Source: Chiloscyllium plagiosum
Lineage: Eukaryota
NCBI RefSeq assembly: GCF_004010195.1
Contig: NC_057749.1
Span: 22,763,886-22,827,885, forward strand
Length of the DNA: 64,000 bases
Direction: 5' to 3'
Shown in pieces: positions 1-12,373 of this stretch (positions are counted from its first letter, which is position 1; the number at the start of each line of letters is the position of its first letter). Below the pieces are notes generated by a model, which did not search any database, was not told where the DNA came from, and saw only the letters and a program-made list of their open reading frames with translations. A program made the position numbers and the translations under genes.

Positions 1-615
1 GGTGTGGACGGGGGGTCTGAGTGGAGAGAGTGAGGTGTGGGCGGGGGGTCTGAGTGGAGAGAGTGAGGTGTGGGCGGGGGAGCTGAGTGGAGAGAGTGAG
101 GTGTGGGCGGGGGAGCTGAGTGGAGAGAGTGAGGTGTGGGCTGGGGAGTCTGAGTGGAGAGAGTGAGGTGTGGGCGGGGGGTCTGAGTGGAGAGAGTGAG
201 GTGTGGGCTGGGGAGTCTGAGTGGAGAGAGTGAGGTGTGGGCTGGGGAGTCTGAGTGGAGAGAGTGAGGTGTGGGCTGGGGAGTCTGAGTGGAGAGAGTG
301 AGGTGTGGGCTGGGGAGTCTGAGTGGAGAGAGTGAGGTGTGGGCTGGGGAGTCTGAGTGGAGAGAGTGAGGTGTGGGCTGGGGAGTCTGAGTGGAGAGAG
401 TGAGGTGTGGGCTGGGGAGTCTGAGTGGAGAGAGTGAGGTGTGGGCTGGGGAGTCTGAGTGGAGAGAGTGAGGTGTGGGCTGGGGAGTCTGAGTGGAGAG
501 AGTGGAGGTGTGGGCGGGGGGTCTGAGTGGAGAGAGTGAGGTGTGGGCTGGGGAGTCTGAGTGGAGAGAGTGAGGTGTGGGCGGGGAGTCTGAGTGGAGA
601 GAGTGAGGTGTGGGT
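1..615 (+). repeat. G-rich minisatellite, 32-34 bp unit (tgagtggagagagtgaggtgtgggctggggagtc), ~18 copies, truncated by window start
   Basis: Tandem unit read directly, with short variants (gggcgggggg / gggctgggga). Confidence 0.97.
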
Positions 616-1309
616 AGAGTTGGTTTAATAACTGGGAGGAATTCTGCAATTACAGAAGCACATCTTGTAAGTAACTCCCCTCAGTAACTGACCTTGTGTC
701 CACTCTCCAATCTTTTTCCTGAACCAACAGCCCCTTTCCAATCCTTTCCCTGCCTTCCTAATGCTGGAAATTGTGTGTTCTAGTGCCCTTTATGTTAACA
801 AACCTGCAGAGTTTGGATATTTGCGACGCACCTCAGTCAAGAAATTCTAGTCCCAGGTTACATTAGAGCTTTGCAATGTGAGAGTCAAAAGCTTATGGGG
901 TAGAATCAACACTGGTGAATAGCGGTCAACATATGTTTAAGTATAAGTTCATGAAATGTCTTGCCTTTTAAAATTTGGGAAAAGGACATTAGAGATTAAA
1001 AATGCTATTGAGTGACAGGCCTTCAGTGTAGGCTAAAAGACAAATGGCCATATTCTTCAGTAGTTTCAACAGTGTGCACTGCTAACATTTTTCTGTGGCT
1101 ATGATCACAATGTAAGTCATTATGAATGCTTTAGTGTTTATGAAAAGTTGAAAATGTTCTTATCTCAGTGGGAGAGGGGTTGGCGATTTCACATTTTGAT
1201 TGACAGTTTAAAAAAACTATTCAAGATTTGTTAAAGGTTACACCGTCCCACAAAGGGAAGCATCCTCTCTTGTAAAATAAAACCTAGAAAAAAAACCTAT
1301 TTACTAAAT

Positions 1310-1625
1310 TTGTGAACAGATTAGGCACAGGTGTAAGCAATTCACCCTTGAGCCAGCTCCACCATCTAATATAATCATGGCTGACCTCATCTTGGCCACA
1401 ACTCCAATTTCCCCCCCAACCCTTTAACCCATTACTAACTAAACGTCTGTCTTTCTCCTCCTTACATGTATTCAGTGTGCCAGCATCCGCATCACTCTGG
1501 TGAATTTCACAGTTACTCGACCCTTTTGTGAGAAGTAATTTTTCCTCATCTCCGATTTAAATCTGCCAACCCTTGTCCTAACCCTCTCGTTCCAGCTTGC
1601 CCCACAAGGGGAAATATCTGCTCTA
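1310..1625 (-). mobile_element. Old CR1-type LINE 3' fragment
   Basis: Degenerate reverse match to the CR1 3' end seen elsewhere in the window (atcatggctga, ttcacag...gagaag...cctcatctc). Confidence 0.6.
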
Positions 1626-2554
1626 TGTCTCCTAGTGAACGGGCTGTCTTAATCTCAGACCGCTACCAGGGTCAGGGATGGAATCAGTGGTCCAGGAGCA
1701 GAGTTTGCCGTGAGCACTGCAAACGAGGGCTCCAGACTTCATCGACTGGAGGCTATTTCTACTCATGTTGTACTGGGTGTCAGTGTGATAATATAGCAAC
1801 ACAGGAGGGGAGGAGAGAGGTGGTTCTGAGGTAGAGCTGGACACTGTGAACCACATATGTAAATGTACGCTGTGCTTTTCATGTTTCTGAGTGACAGGAT
1901 AAGGATGATAATGAAAGCAGGGGCCATGGGTAGAACTTCAGGTATCAGCTCTGAAGTGGAGTGAGAAACTACTTCAAGTAATTCTCTGAAAGGGTGTCTT
2001 TAACCCTTTATTTCCTTTCAGACTAGAAGGTTCCTTAAGTATTTACTCATGCATCAATGGGAGACTTACACATGATGATAATGACACAGATCTCAAACCA
2101 TAATGACAAGAACACAGCATTTATATCACAGATAATAATCAAAAGGTTACATATTTAATTACCCATATCTCTACCCAAAGAGGTTTGAGTCATTAATATT
2201 CTGAGTTAGTACACATTAATATAATATCTAATTATATTCACAACAACATACATGATTATCTTACCCAAACATATTACATACTTGTATCTTGTAGCTGCTG
2301 TGTGTGCCTGTGATGACAAAAAAATCTATATTGTCTAATCCACGCCCACTAACTCCACTCCCCATCATACTCTGATCATGGTAACAATAATGATTCATTC
2401 ACTAAAATATCAGAAGAAATTGATCACTCTTCATGGCACTGAGGATCCATTCCCTCTTCACATTTCTGTGGATTCACCGATCCCTCAAATCGTTAAGGAT
2501 CTAGACATCCTTCTCTTAGTGAACACATCACTGGCGGCTCCGTAATTATAATTG

Positions 2555-2822
2555 ATGCCTCACAACACTCAGGGCACGGGTTCAATTCCAACCTCGGGTG
2601 ACTGTCTGTGTGGAATTTGTATAGTCTGCCTGGGTTTCCTACCATAGTCCAAAGATGTGCAGGTTAGGGCGGATTGGCCATGGGAAATTGCCCATCGTGT
2701 GCAGGCTGGTTGGATTAGCCATGGGAAATGTAGGGTTATAGGGATAGGGTGGGATGTTCCTCAGAGAGTCAGTGTGGATTTGATGGGCTGAATGGCCTGC
2801 TCCCACACAGTCAGGATTCTAT
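2555..2822 (+). mobile_element. HE1-type V-SINE
   Basis: B-box gggttcaattcc, V-domain remnant gtccaaagatgtgcaggttagg, tail ggcctgctcccacacag...attcta. Confidence 0.85.
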
Positions 2823-4109
2823 AATATGTTCAATTTTATTCATCTATATTATCATAAAGCTTTAAGTTTCAAACTGGCACTTCATCTGGAAATAATTAAA
2901 TTGTTTAGAGTTTAATTTGACAAGTAAGTTTCTTTGACTTGAACAATTCCACTGAAGGACACATCAAATCATTCGAATATTGGACATTTGAACATAGCAT
3001 CTACTGGAGAACCAAAACATGACAGATAGTACAAATATAAGCTGTTTGATGTTCTGTGTGCTTAATCATTTTCCAGTTAACCATTTTCATTATCTTTCCA
3101 AAACAAGGAGTTCTTGGAATTGAGCCGAAGATTCAAGGCCATATACTTTACCTAAAAAGATGATTTATTTTTAATGACATTGCCGATAGTGCAGTTTCAG
3201 GCTGACCACCAATTACAGCAGTGATCATTGCAAGTAGAGCAGAACTGGTTAAGGTATTCCACATCAGAAATTGTTAAGGCAAACACTTAGGCTTGTACCT
3301 AAGCCGTAACGTAAACTCTTTGCAAGTGCAACAGCCCAATGCTATGTTTCAATTTATCCTGTTTGGAAATGAAACATGCACAATCAACTTTGTCTCATGA
3401 GTCACAGACTATGTAGTCATGATGCTCGTAGAGCCCAGAGCATAGTGCAAAGATGCCTTTTGTAATTCTGTACTGAAGGTCGAGGTGCACCAGTTCCATA
3501 TTCTGCAAACCTGACTGGGGAATAAATGTTCCAGATAATTGGATTTTCAATCCAGCTGGGTGTTGGCAGGAGGGATGGATGCTAAAAGGAGTGGGTGACC
3601 AATGCTAGTGTGTGGCACTCCCATGGGCCAAGGAGGGGGATATGTGAATGGATTGGATTGCTAGGTGCTCTGGGACTTTGTCCTCAGTATAACAAAACAA
3701 GACACCCATCTAGCCTTCACCTCCCACACCCTTTCACTCAGCCTACACTTCTCTGGAACATTGATGCCAACCCATGGCATTGCTACCCAATGCCCCCATA
3801 GCATCCCACACCAATCCATACTCCCATGGTACTTTGATAGCCCCTACACCATAGGTAGACAACTCGTACCAAGCCCATGCCTTTAAATCCTCAATAGCCA
3901 TGCTCACAGTAACAGAAATGGGAAGAGCTCAGATACCACTCCAGGATGAAACAAAATAATGAATCTTTACAGCAGATTTCACTTGACAAATAATTCTCAT
4001 GAATACTATTTAAATTCTTTCAAATAACTCATCCTTTAGAAAAACAAACATTTGTAGTCATAACCACTCCTCCCCTTTCAAAACCAGATAACATCTTTAT
4101 AACCTCTCA

Positions 4110-4420
4110 GAATTAGTGGGGCTGCCTCACGGTGCCAGGGACTTGGGTTCAATTCCCACCTCGGGCGACTGTCTGTGTGGAGTTTGCACGTTCTTCCTGA
4201 GTCTGTGCCGGTTTCCTCTGGGTGCTCCGGTTTCTTCCCACAATCCAGAAATATGCAGGTTAGGTGAATTGGCCATGGTAAATTGTCCATAGTGTTAAGT
4301 GCATTAGTCAGGGGTAAATATAGGATAGGGAGTGGTGTGGGTGAGTTATTCTTTGGTGAGTCGGTGTGGACTTGTTGGGCTGAAGGGCCTGTTTCCATAC
4401 TGTAAGGAATCTAATCTAAT
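4110..4420 (+). mobile_element. HE1-type V-SINE
   Basis: gctgcctcacggtgccaggga, ggttcaattcc, V-domain tgtggagtttgcacgttc, (aatct)n tail. Confidence 0.92.
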
Positions 4421-4424
4421 CTAG

Positions 4425-5320
4425 TGTCCATGGGATTCAGAGGGAAAACTCTGCTGGCTGGAATCATACTGACCGGAAAGAATGATGGCTGATGAAGGTC
4501 AATCATTTCAACAGGACTTCCTCAGTATGAATGCTTTCCTCACCAACCTACCCAGAGATGTTACACACCACTGGAACAGATGGGACTTGTACCTAGGTCT
4601 CCTGGCTCAGCAGCACAGACATTACCACTCCATCATAAAGGCCCTAGTTCCTCAGGGTAGTGTCCTAGGCTCAACCATCTTCAGCTGCTTCCTCAATGAC
4701 CTTCCCTCTATCACAAGGTCAGAAGTGGGAATGTTTGCTGATGATTGCATGATGTTCAGCACCATTTATGACTCCTTAGATACTGAAGCAGTCCATATGC
4801 AACAAGATCTGAACAATATCCAGGCTCGGGGTGACAAGTGATATTTGTGCCAACAAGTTCGAGGCAATAACTATTTTCAACAGGAGAGAATTTAATCATT
4901 ACCCTTCGCCAATCAATGCCATCACCATTGCTAAATTCCAGCTCCATCAACACTCAAGAATCTTGACATCATCCAGGACAAAGAAGACTGCGTGATTGGT
5001 GCTACATCGTTGAGCATCCCCTCCTTTCACTGCACACACTCAGTAACAGCAGTGTGTACCATCTACAAGATGTACTGCAGAAATTCAGCAAGGCTCCAAA
5101 GACAGCACCTTTCAAAACTGCGATCATTATCATCTAGAAGGACAAGGGCAGCAGATACCTGGGACCTCCAAGCCATTCGCTATTGGATATATATCGCCGT
5201 TCCTTCATTGTCACTGTAATGCAATCTTGGAAGTCCCTTTCTAATGGCATTGTGGGTCCACATACACTAAATGGACAGCAGTGTTTCAAGAACGGAGCTC
5301 ACTACCATCTTCTCTTTATC
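4425..5320 (+). mobile_element. CR1/L2-superclade LINE (second family), degenerate RT to 3' end
   Basis: ORF 4482-4841 has RT motifs VPQGSVLG and FADDC. Same family as 30790-31780. Confidence 0.85.
4545..4642 (-). mobile_element. Short (~100 bp) tRNA-like SINE inserted in the LINE
   Basis: Related copies at ~6644-6745, ~19512-19592 and ~63247-63342. Reverse strand has A/B-box-like motifs. Confidence 0.65.
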
Positions 5321-5324
5321 CTTG

Positions 5325-5878
5325 GGCACCTGGCTGTGTGGAGTTTGCACACTCTCTCCCTGTGTCTGCGTGGGTTTCGTCTGGGGGTGGGGGAGTCCAG
5401 AACTAGAGGGGATAGGTTTAGGGTGAGTGGGGAAAGATATAAAAGAGACCTAATGGGCAACGCTGAGAGTGGTACAGGTATGGAATGAGCTGCCAGAGGA
5501 AGTGGTGGAGGCTGGTACAATTGCAACATTTAGAAGGCATGTGGATGGGTATATGAATAAAAAGGATTTGGAGGGATATGAGCCGGGTGCTGGCAGGTGG
5601 GTCTAGATTGGGTTGGGATATCTTGTTGGCATGGACGGGTTGGACCGAAGGGTCTGTTTCCCTGCTGTACATCTCTATGACTCTGTGTGCAGGTTAGGTG
5701 GATTGGCCGTGCTAATTTGCCCCATAGTGTTCAGTGATGTGCAGGCTAGGTGGGTTAGCCATGTGAAACAGGGATAGGGTAGGAGGGTGAATTTGAGTGG
5801 GATGCTCTCCAGAGAGTCAGTGTGGACTCAATGGGCCAAATGGCCTGCTTCCACAATGTAGGGATTCTATGATTCTAA
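5325..5878 (+). mobile_element. HE1 SINE split by a CR1/HER1 3' fragment (5380-5684)
   Basis: V-domain breaks at gggtttc and resumes at gtgcaggttagg (~5686). The insert has ggggagtccagaactagaggg...ctctatgactct. Confidence 0.88.
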
Positions 5879-6886
5879 CGAGGAATGGGCAGTCATTACT
5901 GGCCATGTACCATGAACGAATAAAGAAAACCTGAAACTGTCAATTAATTCAACGAACAGAGAATTAGCAAGCACTTTACTGTCAACTGCAAAAAAACGTG
6001 TAACTCTTTGGGCGTGCAAATGTCTTGACTGCTTGATAGTTCCACAGACCTCATCCCCCTTATTTACACAACCTCATCTCCTGTTAACAATCCCAAAAGG
6101 GCAGCCATCCTCCCACAAAGAAGTACCAAAAGACCACTCTACTTTTCCAAATAGCTCACAGAATCATACAGTTCTGTGCTGCTAAAGATTCTGGTGCTTT
6201 AGGCCTTTTCCTGAAATATTGAAAGACAGTCATGTGTTAAAAATCCGAATAATGATAATTATTTTTGATTCACGCCAGCTGCAAATTTCTACCGTGTAAC
6301 TGTGCAATCATGGAGGTGCAAAATATGCCTCCATTTCACACCACCCCACCCCCTGGAAATAATGGCAGAAAGACATGTTCAGGTTGTGACTTCCTGAATC
6401 GAGTTTTCAGTCGCAGCTTGACTGGGGCATGGACCTCAGTTCAGGAGAGCATGGTCATTACAAAACTTCAAGACAGAGATTGATAGATCTTTAAGGAAAT
6501 ACAATTGACCTTAAGGGAGATGGCATTGAGGTTAATGATCAGCCATGATCCAGAATGGAAAGGCAAGCTCAAGGGCTGAATGGCCTGCTCCTGTGTTCCT
6601 TAAACATTCACACTCAAATGGAAGTTCCCGACATTTTCTAATCAACTTGTTCAGAGCTGTGATGTCACACCTCTCGATGCAAGTCGGGCTTAACCCCAGT
6701 TCCTAGGCCCAGAGGTGGGGATATTCCAATGCATCCCAAGTGCCCATTTGTAGACTTTACCCCATAGTGACGTTACCTGATATCATCAATAATGCCGCAA
6801 ACTGGCTGGTTTAAAAAAATAGCAGAAATGCAGTTTATTTTTCATTTACTGCTGTGGTTCTGTTCACCGAGTTGGAAGTTTTAGTT

Positions 6887-6926
6887 GCAAACGTTTCGTC
6901 CCCTGTCTAGGTGACATCCTCAGTGC
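6887..6926 (-). ncRNA. Minimal hammerhead ribozyme motif (PLE pLTR)
   Basis: Reverse complement of the motif at 7393-7432. Confidence 0.7.
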
Positions 6927-7392
6927 TTGGGAGCCTCCTGTGAAGCGCTTCTGTGGTGTTTCCTCCGGCATTTATAGTGGCCTGTCCCTGCCGCTTCCGG
7001 TTGTCAGTTTCAGCTGTCCGCTGTAGTGGCCGATATATTGGGTCCAGGTCGATGTGTTTGTTGATGGAGTTTGTGGATGAGTGCCATGCTTCTAGGAATT
7101 CCCTGGCTGTTCTTTGTTTGGCTTGCCCTATAATGGTAGTGTTGTCCCAGTCGAATTCATGTTGCTTGTCGTCTGCGTGTGTGCCTACTAGGGATAGCTG
7201 GTCGTGTCGTTTCGTGGCTAGTTGATGTTCGTGGATGCGGATCATTAGCTGTCTTCCTGTTTGTCCTGTATGGTGTTTTGTGCAGTCCTTGCATGGGATT
7301 TTGTCAGCTGAAACTGACAACCGGAAGCGGCAGGGACAGGCCACTATAAATGCCGGAGGAAACACCACAGAGCCACCACAGGAGGCTCCCAA

Positions 7393-7432
7393 GCACTGAG
7401 GATGTCACCTAGACAGGGGACGAAACGTTTGC
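7393..7432 (+). ncRNA. Minimal hammerhead ribozyme motif (PLE pLTR)
   Basis: gca-CTGAGGA-T-gtcacc(tagaca)ggggac-GAAA-cg-TT-tgc: core plus stem I (gca/tgc) and stem II. Confidence 0.72.
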
Positions 7433-7944
7433 AATAAAAACTTCCAGCTCGGCGAACAGAACCACAGCAACGAGCACCCGAGCTACAAATCTTCGCACAA
7501 ACTTTTTCATTTACTGTTAGGATTTGGGTTTAGATCGGAAAATTGACTTTTATTTCCCATCCCTAAGGCTTCCGGAACCCAACAGTCTACATTCAATGAG
7601 CAGCTTGTTAAAACTGTTTGGCTTAGTCCATTTAGAGACCAATCTGGAGTCAACCACTGTGGTGTGGGATTCAAATCAAATACAGGGTAGGCCAAGCATG
7701 TATGGAAGCTCTGTCTCCAGTTGGGCTTTTTACGACAACCTGACAGTTTCATAGTTTCTTTGACAACACGAACTCTTGGTTCCTGGAATTTTAAGAAATG
7801 AACTATGCTGTTGCAACTCAAACTGAAAACTGTCTGGATTGAAAGTGCCGGCCTCCAACATAACAAAACCAGAAGAATATACAAATGCCAGAAATTTGTT
7901 AAGATTCATTCAAGTTATGGTCATCCCTGGCCTGACCTGCATTG

Positions 7945-8810
7945 ATTTGCCCACCTTCCATTGCCCTGGTGGAGGTGACCTGGCGTTTTTGAACCACAGC
8001 AGTGCTTGGGGTGGAGAGCTGTTAGGAGGGGAGTTCCAGCATTTGGGAATGTAGGGATAAACACAGTTTGGCACATTAGACCATAAAAATAGGAGCAAGA
8101 GTAGACCATCTTGGCTCCTCGGGCCTGCGCCACCATTCTATAAGATCATGGTTGGCTTTTCCATGGACTCATTACTGACTGACTCACCATAAGCCTTAAT
8201 TTCTTTACTGTTCTAAAATCTATCTTTCTTTGCCTTAAAAGCATTCAATGAGGTAGCCTCAACTGCTTCACTCGACAGGGAATTCCAGATTCATAACCCT
8301 TTGGGTGAAGAAGTTCCTCCTCAACTCAGTCTTTAATCTGCTCCCCATTATTCTGAGGCCGTGCCCCTGCATCTAGTGGTAGGAAGGAAATCCCGACATT
8401 TTAATATAATGACAGTGAAGGATTGGTGATGTATTTCTGAGTACAGTAGATAGGAGGAGGTGAACTTGCTGCCATTGTCCTCCCAGGTGGGCCATGAGTT
8501 GGAAGGTGCTATTGGAGGAGCTTTGTTGAATTACTCCAGGGCATCTTGTAAATGGTACGCACTGTTGACGCTGTGCATCGGTGGTGAGGGGAGTAAACGT
8601 TGAAGATAGTGGATAAGGTGTTAATCAAGTGGGCTGCTTCATTTTTAATGGTGTCAAAGCAGTTATCGGAGCTGCACTCATCCAAGCAGGTGGGGAGTAT
8701 TCCATCACACTCCTCACTAACATCTTGTACTTGGTGGATAGGCACTGGGGAGACCAGAATTCCTAGCCTCTGACCTAATTTTGTAGTCACAGTGCTTAAA
8801 TCACTTGTTC
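7945..8810 (-). mobile_element. Second-family LINE 3' region, interrupted by a CR1 3' fragment (~8080-8375, minus)
   Basis: ORF 8509-8790 resembles the same family as 4960-5320. The insert has ataggagca...gatcatgg...gaagaagttcctcct. Confidence 0.75.
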
Positions 8811-9001
8811 ATAGAACATAGAACATAGAAGAATACAACGCAGTACAGGCCCTTCGGCCCAAGATGTTGCGCCGATCCAAGCCCACCTAACCTACACAAG
8901 CCCACTATCCTCCATATGCCTATCCAATGCCCGCTTAAATGCCCATAATGAGGGAGAGTCCACCACTGCTACTGGCAGGGCATTCCACGAACTCACGACT
9001 C
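8811..9001 (-). mobile_element. CR1 3' end with (ctatgtt)n tail
   Basis: VVSSWNALP...FKRALDRHM motif and tandem tail. Confidence 0.9.
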
Positions 9002-9840
9002 NNNNNNNNNNNNNNNNNNNNNNNNNNNNNNNNNNNNNNNNNNNNNNNNNNNNNNNNNNNNNNNNNNNNNNNNNNNNNNNNNNNNNNNNNNNNNNNNNNN
9101 NNNNNNNNNNNNNNNNNNNNNNNNNNNNNNNNNNNNNNNNNNNNNNNNNNNNNNNNNNNNNNNNNNNNNNNNNNNNNNNNNNNNNNNNNNNNNNNNNNNN
9201 NNNNNNNNNNNNNNNNNNNNNNNNNNNNNNNNNNNNNNNNNNNNNNNNNNNNNNNNNNNNNNNNNNNNNNNNNNNNNNNNNNNNNNNNNNNNNNNNNNNN
9301 NNNNNNNNNNNNNNNNNNNNNNNNNNNNNNNNNNNNNNNNNNNNNNNNNNNNNNNNNNNNNNNNNNNNNNNNNNNNNNNNNNNNNNNNNNNNNNNNNNNN
9401 NNNNNNNNNNNNNNNNNNNNNNNNNNNNNNNNNNNNNNNNNNNNNNNNNNNNNNNNNNNNNNNNNNNNNNNNNNNNNNNNNNNNNNNNNNNNNNNNNNNN
9501 NNNNNNNNNNNNNNNNNNNNNNNNNNNNNNNNNNNNNNNNNNNNNNNNNNNNNNNNNNNNNNNNNNNNNNNNNNNNNNNNNNNNNNNNNNNNNNNNNNNN
9601 NNNNNNNNNNNNNNNNNNNNNNNNNNNNNNNNNNNNNNNNNNNNNNNNNNNNNNNNNNNNNNNNNNNNNNNNNNNNNNNNNNNNNNNNNNNNNNNNNNNN
9701 NNNNNNNNNNNNNNNNNNNNNNNNNNNNNNNNNNNNNNNNNNNNNNNNNNNNNNNNNNNNNNNNNNNNNNNNNNNNNNNNNNNNNNNNNNNNNNNNNNNN
9801 NNNNNNNNNNNNNNNNNNNNNNNNNNNNNNNNNNNNNNNN
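9002..9840. other. Assembly gap (N run)
   Basis: Run of Ns. Confidence 1.
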
Positions 9841-10330
9841 AGTTCTGGTCGCCTCATTTTAGGAAAGATGTGGAAGCTTTGGAGACGGTGCAGAGAAGAT
9901 TTACCAGGATGTTGCCTGGAATGGAAAATAGGTCGTACAAGGATAGGTTGAGAGTGCTAGGCCTTTTCTCATTGGAACGGCGAAGGATGAGGGGTGACTT
10001 GATAGAGGTTTATAAGATGATCAGGGGAATAGATAGAGTAGCCAGTCAGAGACCTTTTCCCCAGGTACAACAGAGTGTTACAAGGGGACATAAATTTAAG
10101 TTGAAGGGTGGAAGGCATGGGGGGCTGTCAGGGGTAGGTTCTTTACCCAGAGAGTGGTGGGGGCATGGAATGCGCTGCCTGTGGGAGTGGCAGAGTCAGA
10201 ATCATTGGTGACCTTTAAGTGGCAATTGGATAGGTACATGGATGGGTACTTAAGCGAGGACAAATGTTCGGCACAACATCGTGGGCCGAAGGGCCTGTTC
10301 TGTGCTGTATTGTTCTATGTTCTATGTTCT
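9841..10330 (+). mobile_element. CR1 ORF2 C-terminus and 3' tail
   Basis: LETVQRRFTRMLPG...LGLFSLERRRMRGDLIEVYK...TRGH, WNALP, (ctatgtt)n tail. Confidence 0.95.
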
Positions 10331-10489
10331 TGGAGTGCAGAAACATCAGCTCAGTCCTGAGTGTCGGTGCCTTAACCTGAAACTGTTGTCTAAATTCCCC
10401 AGGCAGTGGAAACAATCTCTCAGTATTTAACTTCATCCTGCTCAAGGTGCGTCTGAGTCATACTCAACGCAATCTATCACAACCAGTCC

Positions 10490-11740
10490 TAGAGACATAC
10501 AGCATGGAAACAAACCCTTTGTTCCAACTTGTATATCCTAAACCCAACTAGTTCCATTTGCCTGTGTTTGGCCCATATTGCTCTAAATCAATGTAACCAT
10601 CCAGATGCCTTTTAAATGTTGCAATTGTACCAGCCTCTACCAGTTCCTATAACAGCTCACACTACCCACTGTATAAAATAATTGCCCCTCAGGTCCTCAA
10701 ACCTCTGCTCTCTAAGCGCAAAGAACAAAGAAAATTACAGCACAGGAACAGGCTCTTCAGCCCTCCAAGCCTGTGCCGATCCAGATCCTCTATCTAAACC
10801 TGCCACCTATTTTCTAAGGATCTGTATCCCTCTGCTCCCTGCCCATTCATGTATTTGTCTAGATACATCTTAAACGACGCTATTGTTCCTGCCCCTACCA
10901 CCTCCGCTGGCAACGCATTCCAGGCACCCACCACCCTCTGTGTAAAGAACTTTCCACGCATATCTCCCCTAAACTTTTCCCCTCTCACTTTGAACTCGTG
11001 ACCCCTAGTAATTGAATCCCCCACTCTGGGGAAAAAGCTTCTTGCTATCCACCCTGTCTATACCTCTCATGATTTGGTAGACCGCATTAGGTCCCCCTCA
11101 ACCTCCATCTTTCCAATGAAAACCTACTCAAACTCTCTTCACAGCTACCACCCTCCATACCAGGCAACATCCTGGTGAACATCCCTCTGCACCCTTTCCA
11201 AAGCATCCACATCCTTTTGGTAATGTGGCAACTAGAACTGTATGCAGTATTCCAGATTTGGACTCTCCTACCTTGGGGAAAAGATTTTGTCTGGCTATCC
11301 TATCCATGCCCCTCGTGATTTTTTTAAACCTCTACAAGGTCACCCCTCAGCCTTCGACGCTCCAGGGAAAACAGCCACAGCCTATTCAGCCTCTCCCTAC
11401 AGCTCAAACCCTCCAACCCCAGCAACATCCTTATCGATTCTTTCTTCACCCTTTCAACATCCTTCCTTTAACAGGGTGACCAGAATTGTATGCAGTATTC
11501 TAAAAGTGGCCGAACCAATGTCCTGTCCAGCCTCAACGTGACCTCCCAACTCCTCTACTCAATGCTCTTACCAATAAAGGCAAGCATGCTGAATGTCTTC
11601 TTCACTGGCCTGTCTACCTCCGACTCCACTTTCAAGTAGCTATGTATCTTTGGTTTCTTTGTTCAGCAACACTCCCCTGAGCCCTACCATGACTGTGTAA
11701 GTCCTGCCCTGGTTTGCCTTACCTAAATGCAACACCTAAC
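10490..11740 (-). mobile_element. CR1/HER1 3' fragment with a second CR1 fragment (~10718-11257) nested inside
   Basis: Two tails (10490 and ~10720). TRGHEFKV...FFTQRVVGAWNALP in ORF 10794-11024. Host resumes at tttggactc (~11257). Confidence 0.85.
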
Positions 11741-12030
11741 ATTCTGAGTCAGATAGTAATATGACTATTCCGTTGTTGGTTGGTACAATTCCATACATTA
11801 CACTGTCTTGCAGCTACTTTGCTAAGGTCTGTTATGTATCCCAGTTTGGTCAGCCAGATGGGGCACAGGATTTTGTGACATTTTTCCCAAGATATCACTG
11901 CTACTGTGCTTTCATATATTTTGGGGAAAACAAGGAGGCAATATTCCCAAGCACAATTTATTCAATGACTGAGGTTTGGTCCAATCGATCTCTGTAGCCA
12001 ATGAAATCTCAAGTTGGACAGCAACATTAA

Positions 12031-12200
12031 TGAACTGAAAACAGAAAGTGCTGGAAATATTCAGAAGGTCATAACTGTTGGGTGAAAATGTCATTGGCTT
12101 AACTTTATTTCTCTCTCCACGGATTCTACCCAACCTGTTGAATGCTTCCAGCGTTTTCTGCTTTTACTTCTGATTTCAGCACCCAGGGCATTTTGCCTTT
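12031..12200. mobile_element. Old degenerate PLE pLTR fold-back element
   Basis: acagaaagtgctggaaatattcag ... ctgttgaatgcttccagcgttttctgc form imperfect inverted arms. Confidence 0.55.
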
Positions 12201-12373
12201 GTAAGGGAAGCACTAACAGTCCCATTTGCAATAGAATTCTTAAATGTGTGCAAAAATACATCTCTCCAACATGGTTCTCATCAAAATATACAATGGAACA
12301 AATCCTAAAATGACAGGAATATGAGTGACATTAAAGCCAACTTTGCACGTGTTGGAATAAGTCCACTGTAACA

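Larger units (their letters stand above)
6852..7502 (-). mobile_element. 5'-truncated Penelope-like element (Poseidon/Penelope type): GIY-YIG C-terminus with inverted pseudo-LTR
   Basis: KIPCKDC..GQTGRQL..RIHEH...FDWDN...REFLEAWHS...INKH. 6852-7016 is inverted relative to ~7305-7468. A 14-bp direct repeat tttttcatttactg lies at 6838-6851 and 7503-7516. Confidence 0.93.

Noticed and set aside
8892..9862. Long ORFs of 307 and 321 aa
   Set aside because: Artefacts of translating through the N gap; the same applies to ORFs at 42870-43537.
8811..10330. Inverted CR1 ends flanking the gap as one twin-primed insertion
   Set aside because: The two 3' regions differ substantially (different subfamilies) and no TSD is evident.
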